Source: a bacterium (GTDB lineage Bacteria > Sysuimicrobiota > Sysuimicrobiia > Sysuimicrobiales > Humicultoraceae). Taken from it: DNA of 32,887 nt. The first letter of the stretch is position 1. Each line of letters begins with the position of its first letter. Location: positions 1 to 32,887 of the forward strand of contig JBOGSD010000015.1 of NCBI GenBank assembly GCA_050695215.1, in the 5' to 3' direction. Under the pieces are notes generated by a model, which was not told the origin of the DNA, searched no databases, and saw only the letters and a program-made list of their open reading frames with translations. Positions 1 through 8,695 of this stretch are shown here, one piece after another. A program made the translations under genes and the position numbers.

Positions 1-24
1 AAACCGTGAGCTCGTAGTTCGGTT

Positions 25-432
25 TCAGACGGTGTGGCCCTTAGCCTGCGTGTTTCTCCGAACAAACCTGATCGCGATCACGATCCCGGCCGCGAGCACG
101 GCTGCGGGCGCCAGCCAGACGACCCACCCCAGGCCGCGGCGCGGCGGGTCGAGGAGAATCCACTGCCCATAGCGGCTGACGAAGTAGGCCGTGATCCCCT
201 CGGGCGACTCCCCTTGCCCGAGGCGGCGGCGGATTTCATCGCGCATCTGCACCGCCAGCGCGGAGGGCGAGTCGGCGACGCTCTCGTTCTGGCAGACCGG
301 GCAGCGCAGGCGGGAGGCGATGGCGCGCGCCTGCGCGTCGAGGCTCGGAGTCGGGGGAGCCGCGTCTGCGGCCAGGACCAGCGCGGCGATCAGGAGCGCC
401 ACCGCGCCGGCGGCGCTGGCCGCCCGCACCAC
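25..432 (-). CDS. ccmH: Cytochrome c-type biogenesis protein CcmH (thiol-disulfide component of System I)
   Basis: C-terminal 135 codons of the 25..2115 ORF. The predicted signal peptide is followed by the LRCPVCQNESVADS motif (CcmH CxxC signature), then a C-terminal TM helix. The GTG start at 432 lies 2 nt after the ccmF TGA; an alternative GTG lies at 456. The rest of the 696-aa ORF is an overlapping-frame artefact over ccmF. Confidence 0.8.
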   Translation of the reverse strand: MVRAASAAGAVALLIAALVLAADAAPPTPSLDAQARAIASRLRCPVCQNESVADSPSALAVQMRDEIRRRLGQGESPEGITAYFVSRYGQWILLDPPRRGLGWVVWLAPAAVLAAGIVIAIRFVRRNTQAKGHTV

Positions 433-434
433 GC

Positions 435-2405
435 TCAGCCGCGCCGTGTGGGCCACGCGCTGAGGAGGCCAGCCAGGGCCATCAGCAGTCCCCCCGTCCA
501 AATCCAGGTGACCAGCGGGCTGCTGATGATCTTGAGGGCCGCCCCGTGGTCCTCGTCCACGCTCAGCAGCACGAGATAGAGATCCCCGCGCCAGCTGGAA
601 CGGACCGCCGGGGTAGGGATGGGGGTGCGCTGCTGAGGATAGTGGTTTTCCGAGGGGCGCAGCACCTCGAGAATACGGGGGGCGGGCGCGCCCTGCGGCG
701 CCGCTTCCAAGGCATCCCCCGCCAGCACGGCGACCTCGGCCGCGACGACCACGCGGTCGGGCCGCTGCGTGATCCGGGAGCCCTCGTACCGCAGGAGATA
801 GCCGGGGCCGCGGATCATCTCGCCCGGCCGGGCCAGGTAGTCGCGTTCGCTGCGGTAGGCGAAGGACACCGTCACGCCTGCCAGCATCAATGCCAGTCCC
901 AGGTGCGCCAGGTAGCCGGCGTAGCGCCGCCGGTTGATCGAAAAGAGCGCGGCCAGCGCCGCGGGGTAGGCGCGCCGCTCGGCGCGCATGAGGGCGTGGG
1001 CGCCCCGGTGGAACTCGGTCAGTTGGGCCAGCGCGGTGAACCCGATCACCGCCAGGGCCAGCAGCGTCGGGCCGCGAACGCCGACGAGCGCCAGCGCGCC
1101 GGTCCCGGCCACGGCGCCGGCCCCCGGCCAGCGAAACCGGCGCAGGGCGTCTCGTGGCAGGGGACCCCAGGGCAGGAGGGTGGCGATCGCCATCAACAAT
1201 AGCAGGAGCAGACCGAGGGGCCCGATCAGCCGGTTGAAATAGGGCGGGCCGACGGTGAGTTTCACCCCGGCCACCGCCTCGGCCAGAAGCGGGAACATCG
1301 TCCCGATAAAGACCGTGGCCGCGATCGCCAGCAGGACCAGGTTGTTCAGCAGGAAGACCGTCTCCCGGCTGAGGACGGCGGGAAGCGTCCCGGTGTCGCG
1401 CACCTCGTTCCGGCGGGCCACCAGCGTCGCTACCGACACGGTGAGGACCAGCGTCATGAAGCCGAGAAAGATCGGGCCGATCAGCGATTGGGTGAAGTCG
1501 TGCACCGATCCGAGGATGCCGCTGCGCGTCAGAAAGGTCCCAAAGATCGTCAGCAGAAAGGTGACGATGACCAGCGCGTGGTTCCAGAGGCGGAGCAGCC
1601 GGCGCCGTTCCTGCACCATCACCGAATGGAGAAACGCGGTCGCGCCCAGCCAGGGCATCAGCGCGGCGTTCTCCACCGGATCCCACGCCCAGTAGCCTCC
1701 CCAGCCGAGGACTTCGTACGACCACCAGGCTCCCAGCACGATGCCGGCGCCGAGGAACGACCAGGCGGCCAGCGTCCACCGGCGCGTCGCCAGCATCCAC
1801 TCGTCCCGCATGGTGCGCGACAGGAGGGAGGCGAGGGCGAAGGCGTAGGGCACCGAGAAGCCGACGTACCCGAGATAGAGCAGCGGCGGGTGGATCGCCA
1901 TGAGCGGGTGGTTCTGCAGCAGGGGATTGAGGCCGCGGCCTTCCGGCGGAACCGGGTCGAGCCGCACGAAGGGGTTGGCCGGACCGAGCATCAAGAGCAG
2001 AAAGAAGATGGCGATGGACAGCAGCACCGCCAGCGCAAAGGGGGTGGTCTCCGGATGGCGGTGGCGGTAGCGGACGGCGACCAGGACGGTGTAGCCGGCG
2101 AGCACCCAAGCCCACAGCAGGATCGAGCCCTCCAGGGCGCCCCAGAGCCCGATGACCCGAAAGAGGAGTGGGGTGCTGCTATGGATGTTCAGCGCCACGT
2201 ACTGGACGGAAAAGTCGACGCCGATCAGCGCCCGCTCCAGGGCGACGACGGCCACCGTGACCGCCCCGAACATGATGCAGACGGCCCGCGTGCCGGTCTG
2301 GCGGCGGCGCGGATCTCCGCCCCGCGCGCGCACGAACGCGACCAGCGCCACCACGGCGGCGGCGGCGGCGACGGCGACGGCGAGAAAACCGGCGGTGGCG
2401 TTCAC
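435..2405 (-). CDS. ccmF: Cytochrome c-type biogenesis heme lyase CcmF
   Basis: 656 aa polytopic membrane protein. The N-terminal TM1-loop-TM2 arrangement matches E. coli CcmF. Tryptophan-rich WWD motif (WGGYWAWDPVEN) and conserved His residues are present. Confidence 0.9.
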   Translation of the reverse strand: MNATAGFLAVAVAAAAAVVALVAFVRARGGDPRRRQTGTRAVCIMFGAVTVAVVALERALIGVDFSVQYVALNIHSSTPLLFRVIGLWGALEGSILLWAWVLAGYTVLVAVRYRHRHPETTPFALAVLLSIAIFFLLLMLGPANPFVRLDPVPPEGRGLNPLLQNHPLMAIHPPLLYLGYVGFSVPYAFALASLLSRTMRDEWMLATRRWTLAAWSFLGAGIVLGAWWSYEVLGWGGYWAWDPVENAALMPWLGATAFLHSVMVQERRRLLRLWNHALVIVTFLLTIFGTFLTRSGILGSVHDFTQSLIGPIFLGFMTLVLTVSVATLVARRNEVRDTGTLPAVLSRETVFLLNNLVLLAIAATVFIGTMFPLLAEAVAGVKLTVGPPYFNRLIGPLGLLLLLLMAIATLLPWGPLPRDALRRFRWPGAGAVAGTGALALVGVRGPTLLALAVIGFTALAQLTEFHRGAHALMRAERRAYPAALAALFSINRRRYAGYLAHLGLALMLAGVTVSFAYRSERDYLARPGEMIRGPGYLLRYEGSRITQRPDRVVVAAEVAVLAGDALEAAPQGAPAPRILEVLRPSENHYPQQRTPIPTPAVRSSWRGDLYLVLLSVDEDHGAALKIISSPLVTWIWTGGLLMALAGLLSAWPTRRG

Positions 2406-2429
2406 GGCCGGACGATCAAGGTTGGCGCG

Positions 2430-2825
2430 TCACGGCGCGGGCGTTGGGGGCTTGTACTCTTCCGAGTGCTTCACGATGATGCTGCGCGCCAGGAAGGTAC
2501 CGTCCCCGCCCAGCGTCCCTTCGACGATGGCGCCCTGTCCCTCCGTGAAGAGCCCGGGCGGCGCGCCCTGGTGGCGCACCGGGATCGCCGCGCCGCCATC
2601 GGTGAGCATGAAGCTCAGCTGCTGCGTGGCCGGATCCCAGCTGCGCGAGCCCGGCTGCACCTGGCCGCCGATGCGCAGCGATTTCCCCTGCGCCGCCGCG
2701 CCCTGCGCGAGCAACTCCCCGGGGGTGATGTAGAAGACGACCGCCCCGCGGATGCCGCCGATGATCAGGTAGATCAGCGCCGCCACGACCACGGCGGCGG
2801 CGAGGGCGATCCGCGCTCGTCTCAC
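2430..2825 (-). CDS. ccmE: Cytochrome c-type biogenesis heme chaperone CcmE
   Basis: 131 aa with an N-terminal TM anchor and the FYxTPGEL motif. VKHSEEY supplies the heme-binding His/Tyr. The ATG overlaps the ccmD stop (ATGA). Confidence 0.85.
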   Translation of the reverse strand: MRRARIALAAAVVVAALIYLIIGGIRGAVVFYITPGELLAQGAAAQGKSLRIGGQVQPGSRSWDPATQQLSFMLTDGGAAIPVRHQGAPPGLFTEGQGAIVEGTLGGDGTFLARSIIVKHSEEYKPPTPAP

Positions 2826-2926
2826 CGAGCGGCCTCCTTCAGCCGGCGGCGGAGGCGAAGCAGGTACAGCAGAATGCCGCCCCAGACAATCGCATACGCC
2901 AGGGCGATGGCGACGGGTGGGGTCAC
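2822..2926 (-). CDS. ccmD: Heme exporter protein CcmD (very small, 34 aa)
   Basis: GTG at 2926 overlaps the ccmC TGA (GTGA). It encodes VTPPVAIALAYAIVWGGILLYLLRLRRRLKEAAR, a single TM helix followed by a basic tail, which is typical of CcmD. It sits at the expected position between ccmC and ccmE. The rest of the 2822..3295 ORF overlaps ccmC out of frame. Confidence 0.5.
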   Translation of the reverse strand: MTPPVAIALAYAIVWGGILLYLLRLRRRLKEAAR

Positions 2927-3594
2927 GCGGGCTCCCCCGCCGCGGCCGCCAGCCGGGTCCTCTCGAGACGGGCGAGGCGTACGCGCAGCGTCAGGAGATA
3001 GGCGTACAAGAGGAAGAAGGCGGCCAGGTTGATCAGGAGCGCGGTCAGCATCGGCGGGGCCATCTGGATGTCGCCGCGTACGATCGAGGCCGGCTGGTGC
3101 AGCGTCCGGAACCAGACCACCGAGTAGTGAATCAGGGGGATGTCGAGGGCGCCGACGATCCCGATGACGGCGGCCAGGCGGGCGCTGCGCTCGGGATCCT
3201 CCGCCAGCTCGCGCACGAGCAGATAGCCCACGTAGATCAGAAAGAGGATGGCGGTTGTGACCAGCCGGGCGTCCCAGGTCCACCAGGTGCCCCACACCGG
3301 TTTACCCCAGATCATCCCGCTGGCCAGCGCCAGTCCGGTGAAGAGCACGCCGATCTCGGCGGCGCCGTGGGCGACGCGGTCGTAGCGCATGCGCCGCTTC
3401 CACAAATACAGGAGGCTGGCGACCGCCACGGTGCCAACGGCCAGGTAGGCGGTAGCGGCGCTGGGCACGTGCACGTACATGACGCGGACGTACTGTCCCT
3501 GAAAGGCATCGGGCGGAGAGGCGATGAGGCCGGCGTAGGCCCCCGCTCCGGCGACGAGGAGGGTCGCCACGCCGAGGAGGCGGGAGGGGTTCAC
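2923..3594 (-). CDS. ccmC: Heme exporter protein CcmC
   Basis: 223 aa with 6 TM segments. WWD motif WGTWWTWDARL. ATG at 3594 overlaps the ccmB stop. Confidence 0.9.
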   Translation of the reverse strand: MNPSRLLGVATLLVAGAGAYAGLIASPPDAFQGQYVRVMYVHVPSAATAYLAVGTVAVASLLYLWKRRMRYDRVAHGAAEIGVLFTGLALASGMIWGKPVWGTWWTWDARLVTTAILFLIYVGYLLVRELAEDPERSARLAAVIGIVGALDIPLIHYSVVWFRTLHQPASIVRGDIQMAPPMLTALLINLAAFFLLYAYLLTLRVRLARLERTRLAAAAGEPA

Positions 3595-4250
3595 GCTTCC
3601 TCCATCACCACTTCAAAGAGCAGCGGCACGATCAGCAGGAACAGCAGATCACATACCCCCAGCACGCCGGCCCAGAGAGAGATGGCTCCTCCGAGCAGCA
3701 CCGCTTCGGTGAGCCGCACCCCCGCCAGGACCACCGGCAGCGACACCGGCAGCAACAGCAGCGGCATCAAGAGCTCCCGGCCGCGCACGTGCACGGCCAG
3801 AGCGGCGAAGGTCGTGCCGAGGGCGGCCAGACCGGCGACGCCCAGCGCCCCCACGGCCAGCAGCGCCGGCAGTCTGCTCCACAGCGCCAGGTTGAACAGC
3901 ACGGCCGTCGCCGGCAACAGCGCCGTCCACAGCAGCATGAGCATCACGCCGAGCGCCGCCCACTTGCCCCAGAACAGGTGCTCGCGGCGCCCCGGATAGA
4001 GCAGCAGCGCCTCTAGGGTGTCGCCCTCCGCTTCCTGCAGCGTCGGCCGCGCCGCCCCCAGCATCGCCGCCAGGGTCAGGGCCACCCAGAGAATGGCCGG
4101 GGCGCGGGCTGGATCGCTGCCCAACGAAAACCCGAGCAGCAGGATGATCAGGAGCGCGGTGACGGCCATCGTGGTGATCGTCTGGCGGGCCCGCCATTCC
4201 GTCAGCATGTCCTTGCGGGCCAGGGATCCCGCCCGCCGCACGCCGATCAC
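3591..4250 (-). CDS. ccmB: Heme exporter permease CcmB
   Basis: Polytopic membrane protein. The likely start is GTG at 4250 overlapping the ccmA TGA (GTGA); an alternative ATG lies at 4208. The ORF-track extension to 4370 overlaps ccmA and is rejected. Confidence 0.8.
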   Translation of the reverse strand: MIGVRRAGSLARKDMLTEWRARQTITTMAVTALLIILLLGFSLGSDPARAPAILWVALTLAAMLGAARPTLQEAEGDTLEALLLYPGRREHLFWGKWAALGVMLMLLWTALLPATAVLFNLALWSRLPALLAVGALGVAGLAALGTTFAALAVHVRGRELLMPLLLLPVSLPVVLAGVRLTEAVLLGGAISLWAGVLGVCDLLFLLIVPLLFEVVMEEA

Positions 4251-4954
4251 GCCGGACCTCCCACGAGCGCGCGCAGCAGTGGAGAGATGCGCTGGACGTC
4301 GGCGGCGTCTACCTGCCGCCCCTCCGCGAGGGCCACGACTCGATCGGCGAGGGAGAGGCCGCGCTGCCACTCCGCGGCGGCCAGGACGGCGGCTCCTCCG
4401 GACGCCCGCACCTCTCCGACCAGCGCCGAGACCAGCGTGGCTCCTTCAGCATCCAACCCGCCGAAGGGGTCGTCGAGCAAGAGCAGGCGCGGGCGGAGCA
4501 GCCACGCCCGGGCGAGGGCGAGGCGCCGTCTCATCCCCTGGCTGTAGGTGCGCACTAGTCGGCCGGCGGCGCGGGAGAGGCCCACGCGCTCGAGCAAGGA
4601 GGCGATCTCGGACGGCCCAGCTGGCGCACTCCCCATCGCGGCGGCGAACGCCAGGTTCTCTGTCCCCGTGAGGGCGCCGTACGCCCCGCCGCCCACGCTC
4701 ACGAAGACGGTGAGACGCCGCACCGCGTCAGCCTCGCGCACCAGGTCCCGTCCGAAGACCGATCCTCGCCCGCGGCTGGGCCGCAGCGCCGTCGCGAGCA
4801 GCCGCAGCAGCGTCGTCTTGCCGGCGCCGTTGGGGCCGGCGATCAGCAGCACCGAGGAGGGGGCCAGGGTCAGCGTGACGTCACGCAGGGCGTCATGGAA
4901 GCCCAAACGCCGGGAGAGGCCCTCCGTGTCAATCGCGGGCGGCACCATCGGCAA
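4247..4954 (-). CDS. ccmA: Heme exporter ABC ATPase CcmA
   Basis: Walker A GPNGAGKTT, ABC signature YSQGMRRRLALA, Walker B LLLDDP. Start is TTG at 4954 or ATG at 4948. Confidence 0.85.
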   Translation of the reverse strand: MPMVPPAIDTEGLSRRLGFHDALRDVTLTLAPSSVLLIAGPNGAGKTTLLRLLATALRPSRGRGSVFGRDLVREADAVRRLTVFVSVGGGAYGALTGTENLAFAAAMGSAPAGPSEIASLLERVGLSRAAGRLVRTYSQGMRRRLALARAWLLRPRLLLLDDPFGGLDAEGATLVSALVGEVRASGGAAVLAAAEWQRGLSLADRVVALAEGRQVDAADVQRISPLLRALVGGPA

Positions 4955-4991
4955 GAGGAGGTTCGCGGGCGGGGCTCAGGAGCCTTGCCCG

Positions 4992-6548
4992 TTATTGCCG
5001 CTCCGGTTCCCACCCATAGACGGGAAGGATGTCCACGGGCGCGTAGTCGTCGGTGAGGATGGGGACGTCTGTGGTGGGGACCGCTTTGTCGTACAGGTCA
5101 CCGACGAACCGATCGTAGAGAGGGAAGCTCACTTTCTTGCCGCGCTTCAGTTTCACCCCGGCGTCCACCACCTGGGTCCGGGTCAGTCCCCCCTTCGGCG
5201 ACGCCACCAGGATGATGGTGCGCACCCCGGTCGGCTCCCGGTCGGGGAGGAAGGCCACGGGGAAGGGATAGAGGCCCGGGAAGACCTGACCGTACGTGCG
5301 GTACAGGGCGCGGAAGAGCTTGCTCTCCCGTCCGTCCAGGGCGCCGACGATGTTGGCGGCGATCAGCCCGCCCGGCGTCAGATGCGCCCGCGCCAGCTCG
5401 AAGAACTCTCGGGTCGCCAGGTGGAAGGGGATCCCTTCGGCAAAGTAGGCGTCCATGACGATCAGGTCGTATTTGGCCTCGCTGCGGCGGAGAAAGAGGC
5501 GGCCGTCCTGCACCGTGATGCGCAGCCGCCGATCCTCTTTCACCTCGAAGAATCGTTTAGCGACGTCGACGACGGCCGGATCCAGCTCCACGACGTCGAT
5601 CGTCACGGCGGGGTAATCCCGCCAGAACCTCTTGGGGATCGACCCTGCGCCGAGGCCGATCACCAGCACCCGTTTGATCTGGGGGTGAAAGACCCAGGCG
5701 ACGTGGATGTAGTCGGTGTATTTGAAGGGGCTCTCGTAGATGTTGCTGTGGTACATGCCGCCCTGGAAGGAACGGTCGAAGCGGAGGTAGCGCGCCCCGC
5801 CGTCGTCGACGACCAGGATGCGGTGGTAGATGCTGTCCTTCTCGTAGAGGACCCTCGGCTCGGCCGGCGCGGTCTGCGCGGGCGCGGCCAGGACCGCCAG
5901 CAGGAGCAGGCCCGTCAAGGCGGCGCGGGCCGTGCGGGGGGCCCGCACCCGCACCGCCAGCAGCGCGGCGAAGCCGACGAGGGAGCCCCCCAACAGGTAG
6001 AGGATCGTGCGTACGCCGAGGGCGGGGATGAGCAGGAAGGCGGTGAGCAGGGTGCCCGCGATGCTGCCGGCGGTGGAAATCGCATACAGCATTCCGGCGA
6101 CGTTGCCGACCGTGGCCAGGTCGGTCGCCGCCAGCTTCACGGCGAAGGGAGAGGTCATCCCCAGGAGCAGCGAGGGGGCGACGAAGAGCACCACCGACGC
6201 CAGGAGGGGATTGAGGCGCGGCCCCAGGTCCCAGGCGGCGAAGGTTTCGAGGATGGGGCGCGAGAGCAAGGGCAGCAGGAGGATGAGGACGCCGGCCAGC
6301 GACAGCGCCGCGGCCAGGACCCCGCTCGTGGGACGCCGGTCGGCCAGGAGGCCGCCGCTGTAGTAGCCCGCGCTGAGGGCCGCCAGGAAGATGCTGATCA
6401 GACTGCCCCAGACGTACACCGAGGAGCCGAAGTACGGCGCCAGGATCCGGCTGCCGACGATTTCCAATCCCATCAGCACCGCGCCCGCGCCGAAGACCAC
6501 TACTCGCAAAATCACCGCATCGCCTCCTCGGACATCTTGCCGCAGCAC
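4992..6548 (-). CDS. Fused polytopic-membrane / spermidine synthase-like aminopropyltransferase
   Basis: 518 aa. The N-terminal ~230 aa are multi-TM. The C-terminal part carries the class I MTase-like fold of SpeE: VLVIGLGAGS and DLIVMDAYF...EGIPFHLATREFF. Confidence 0.75.
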   Translation of the reverse strand: MLRQDVRGGDAVILRVVVFGAGAVLMGLEIVGSRILAPYFGSSVYVWGSLISIFLAALSAGYYSGGLLADRRPTSGVLAAALSLAGVLILLLPLLSRPILETFAAWDLGPRLNPLLASVVLFVAPSLLLGMTSPFAVKLAATDLATVGNVAGMLYAISTAGSIAGTLLTAFLLIPALGVRTILYLLGGSLVGFAALLAVRVRAPRTARAALTGLLLLAVLAAPAQTAPAEPRVLYEKDSIYHRILVVDDGGARYLRFDRSFQGGMYHSNIYESPFKYTDYIHVAWVFHPQIKRVLVIGLGAGSIPKRFWRDYPAVTIDVVELDPAVVDVAKRFFEVKEDRRLRITVQDGRLFLRRSEAKYDLIVMDAYFAEGIPFHLATREFFELARAHLTPGGLIAANIVGALDGRESKLFRALYRTYGQVFPGLYPFPVAFLPDREPTGVRTIILVASPKGGLTRTQVVDAGVKLKRGKKVSFPLYDRFVGDLYDKAVPTTDVPILTDDYAPVDILPVYGWEPERQ

Positions 6549-6549
6549 C

Positions 6550-7563
6550 TCATTGTGACATAGCCGACGACCCGCGCAAGGCGACCCAGAGCGGGTCCTC
6601 AGGACGAAACCCGCGGTAGGGGACGATGCGATCGATCACGCCCCCGGCGCGGCCGCGGAGACGGGTGCCGATCGTCCCATCGTCCACCACCAGCGCGAAG
6701 GTCTCCAGCATCTCGTCCGTCACCAACCCCGGCATCTCCTCCCAGCGGCCCGTCACGGCCAATCGGCTGAGCCGCTCCCCCACACGCTCCCAGCCGTGGA
6801 GGGACAGGATCCGGCGATAGGAGGGGGTGGAGGCGTAGAAGGCGATCGTGCGGCGCGCGGCCGCAACGACGCGGTCGCGGGCGGACCCGGACTCCGCCAC
6901 GATGATGACGCTGGCCGCCACCGTCAGCGCGTCGCGGGGACGGCCGGCGAGCCGGAGGCCCCGGTCCACCGCCGGCAGGACGATCTCCCGCACGTATCGT
7001 TCGGAGTGCAGGGGATGGACGTGCAACCCATCGGCCACCTCCCCGGCGAGACGGCACATCGCCGGGTTGACCGCGGCGAGGTAGATGGGGATGTCGCCGA
7101 CGAGGGGGGGCGGCGGGGTGAAGAAGGGTGTCATCAGCGACAACGAATAGAAGGGACCCTCGTAGCGCAGCGGGGTCCCGTCGCGCCAGGCCCCCCACAC
7201 GGCGCGGATAGCCTTGATGACGTCGCGCATGCGGGCCACCGGACGCTCCCAGGCCATCCCAAAGCGCCGCTCCACGTGGGCGCGCACCTGCGAGCCCAGC
7301 CCCAGGATGAACCGTCCCCCGGAGAGGCGGGCCAGCCCCCAGGCCAGATAGGCCAGTGAGGTGGGGCTGCGCACGAAGGCCAGGGCCACGGCGGTCCCGA
7401 TCTGCACGCGGGTGGTGTGCTCGACCGCCAGCGCGGCGGCCAGGAACGGATCGGCCTCGGTTTCGCTGAACCAGATCCCGTCGAGACCCTGCGCCTCGGC
7501 CGCCCGGGCGAGGGCGCCCACGGCCTCCAGCTCGCCCGCCCCCAGGGCGGCGTCGATCCGCAC
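6550..7563 (-). CDS. LLM-class (luciferase-like) F420-dependent oxidoreductase
   Basis: Homology begins at (V)RIDAALGAGELEAVGALARAAEAQGLDGIWFSETEADPFL, the typical LLM N-terminus. GTG at 7563 lies 4 nt after the band-7 stop. The upstream part of the ORF-track call overlaps the band-7 gene. Confidence 0.75.
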   Translation of the reverse strand: MRIDAALGAGELEAVGALARAAEAQGLDGIWFSETEADPFLAAALAVEHTTRVQIGTAVALAFVRSPTSLAYLAWGLARLSGGRFILGLGSQVRAHVERRFGMAWERPVARMRDVIKAIRAVWGAWRDGTPLRYEGPFYSLSLMTPFFTPPPPLVGDIPIYLAAVNPAMCRLAGEVADGLHVHPLHSERYVREIVLPAVDRGLRLAGRPRDALTVAASVIIVAESGSARDRVVAAARRTIAFYASTPSYRRILSLHGWERVGERLSRLAVTGRWEEMPGLVTDEMLETFALVVDDGTIGTRLRGRAGGVIDRIVPYRGFRPEDPLWVALRGSSAMSQ

Positions 7564-7567
7564 GGCG

Positions 7568-8488
7568 CTATCGCTGGGGTTCGGGGCGGAAGACGTCCAG
7601 CAGGGGGACCGGCCCGCTGCCGGTGACGACCTGGGGGAGCCGGCCGTCCCATTTCTCGATCGCCCGCATCTGCGCCTCGATGCGCCGCAGCGCCACCAGC
7701 TCGGCGGTGACCTGCTGCTTCTGCACACGCAGGGCCTCCGCCTCGGCTTTGGCTTTTTCGATCTGCTGCTGCGCCTCCAGTTTCACCCGCTGCAGGTCGC
7801 GTTCGGCCTTCAGCGCCAGCTGCGTCGCCGTCACTTTGGCCTCGATGGCCTTGGTGAACTCTTCGCTGAAGTCGAAGTCGGTAATGGAAACCGTGTCCAA
7901 CAGAATCCCGTGCAGGGCGAGCCGGGTGCGCAAGACGTTTTCGATCGCGGCCTTCACCGCGTCCCGCCGGGTGATCAGCTCCTCCGCCTTGAAGCGGGCG
8001 GTGCTGGCCTTCACCGCCTCCAGCACCGCGGGCTTGACGATGCGCTGCACATAGTCGCGGCGCAGGCTGCGGTAGACTCGCACCACCTCGGCCGGGTCGA
8101 GCGCGTAGTTGAGCGTGACCTTGGTGTGCACCACCTGCAGGTCGTTGGAGGCCGCCTCCGCGTCCGCTTCGTAGGCCTCCGTCTGTACCGACATCTCGAC
8201 GACGTTCTCCACCAACGGGGTGATCAGGTAGATGCCTTCGGGCAGAATCCGGCCGGTCGGGCCTCCGAATCGCACCACCACCCCCCGCGTGCCGGCGGGG
8301 ATCTGGCCGACGGCGCTGAGGAGGCCGAGGACCAGGACGAAGAGGACCAGACCGATGAGCAGTCCGGCCGGTCGCAGGGTGGGGCCGAGCCGCCCGTCGC
8401 GATCGCGGTCGCCGAGCCGGAACGCGCCGGCCCACGCTATCCACAGCAGAAAAGCCCCGAGGCCGATGAGCCATTTCAACACGGTCAC
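7568..8488 (-). CDS. SPFH/band-7 (prohibitin/HflKC-like) membrane protein
   Basis: GTG start at 8488 is preceded by GGAGGTGA with a 7-nt spacer. An N-terminal TM helix is followed by an SPFH domain and a C-terminal coiled-coil (KAERDLQRVKLEAQQQIEKAKAEAEALR). Confidence 0.8.
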   Translation of the reverse strand: MTVLKWLIGLGAFLLWIAWAGAFRLGDRDRDGRLGPTLRPAGLLIGLVLFVLVLGLLSAVGQIPAGTRGVVVRFGGPTGRILPEGIYLITPLVENVVEMSVQTEAYEADAEAASNDLQVVHTKVTLNYALDPAEVVRVYRSLRRDYVQRIVKPAVLEAVKASTARFKAEELITRRDAVKAAIENVLRTRLALHGILLDTVSITDFDFSEEFTKAIEAKVTATQLALKAERDLQRVKLEAQQQIEKAKAEAEALRVQKQQVTAELVALRRIEAQMRAIEKWDGRLPQVVTGSGPVPLLDVFRPEPQR

Positions 8489-8695
8489 GTCAGCGTCACC
8501 TCCGACCCTTTGTTCCGGGTGTCTGGTCGAACCTCCTCGCCGGGGCGGCGCCGCGCGGGGCGGGTGTCTAGCGGAGCGAACGAGACGGGTATGTGCTGGA
8601 GGAGTCCACCACGTTCCCCGGCAGGATTCGCCGCCCCCCGGCGCGAACGGTGCCGGTCGCGGGAAAGGCTGCAGGGACGACAACTCAGGTGCTGG
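8489..8695. promoter_or_regulatory. Divergent intergenic region between the band-7/ccm block (-) and the amidase block (+), presumed promoters
   Basis: 207 nt non-coding. It contains an imperfect direct repeat CGGGTGTCT..CGAAC at 8516-8534 and 8560-8582. No clear -35/-10 can be assigned by eye. Confidence 0.3.

Noticed and set aside
25-2115. 696-aa minus-strand ORF
   Set aside because: It is an overlapping-frame artefact over ccmF, with Arg/Pro/Gly-rich low-complexity composition. Only its last 135 codons (25-432) are real (ccmH).
1488-3032. 514-aa plus-strand ORF (with 546..1202, 1255..1695, 2152..2733)
   Set aside because: Antisense to ccmF/ccmE/ccmD. R/G/D/E-rich composition typical of GC-rich antisense frames. 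No domain signal.
4953-4961. Plus-strand AAGAGGAGG Shine-Dalgarno-like sequence
   Set aside because: No start codon within 5-12 nt downstream on the plus strand. It is the complement of the region just upstream of the ccmA start.
4548-6563. 671-aa plus-strand ORF
   Set aside because: Antisense to the SpeE-like gene and ccmA. Low-complexity R/G/E/Q-rich.
7134-8683. Minus-strand 446-aa ORF 7134..8474 and the N-terminal 445 codons of plus ORF 7361..10450
   Set aside because: They overlap the LLM/band-7 genes in other frames. The plus ORF only becomes a real gene at the ATG at 8696 (amidase signal peptide).
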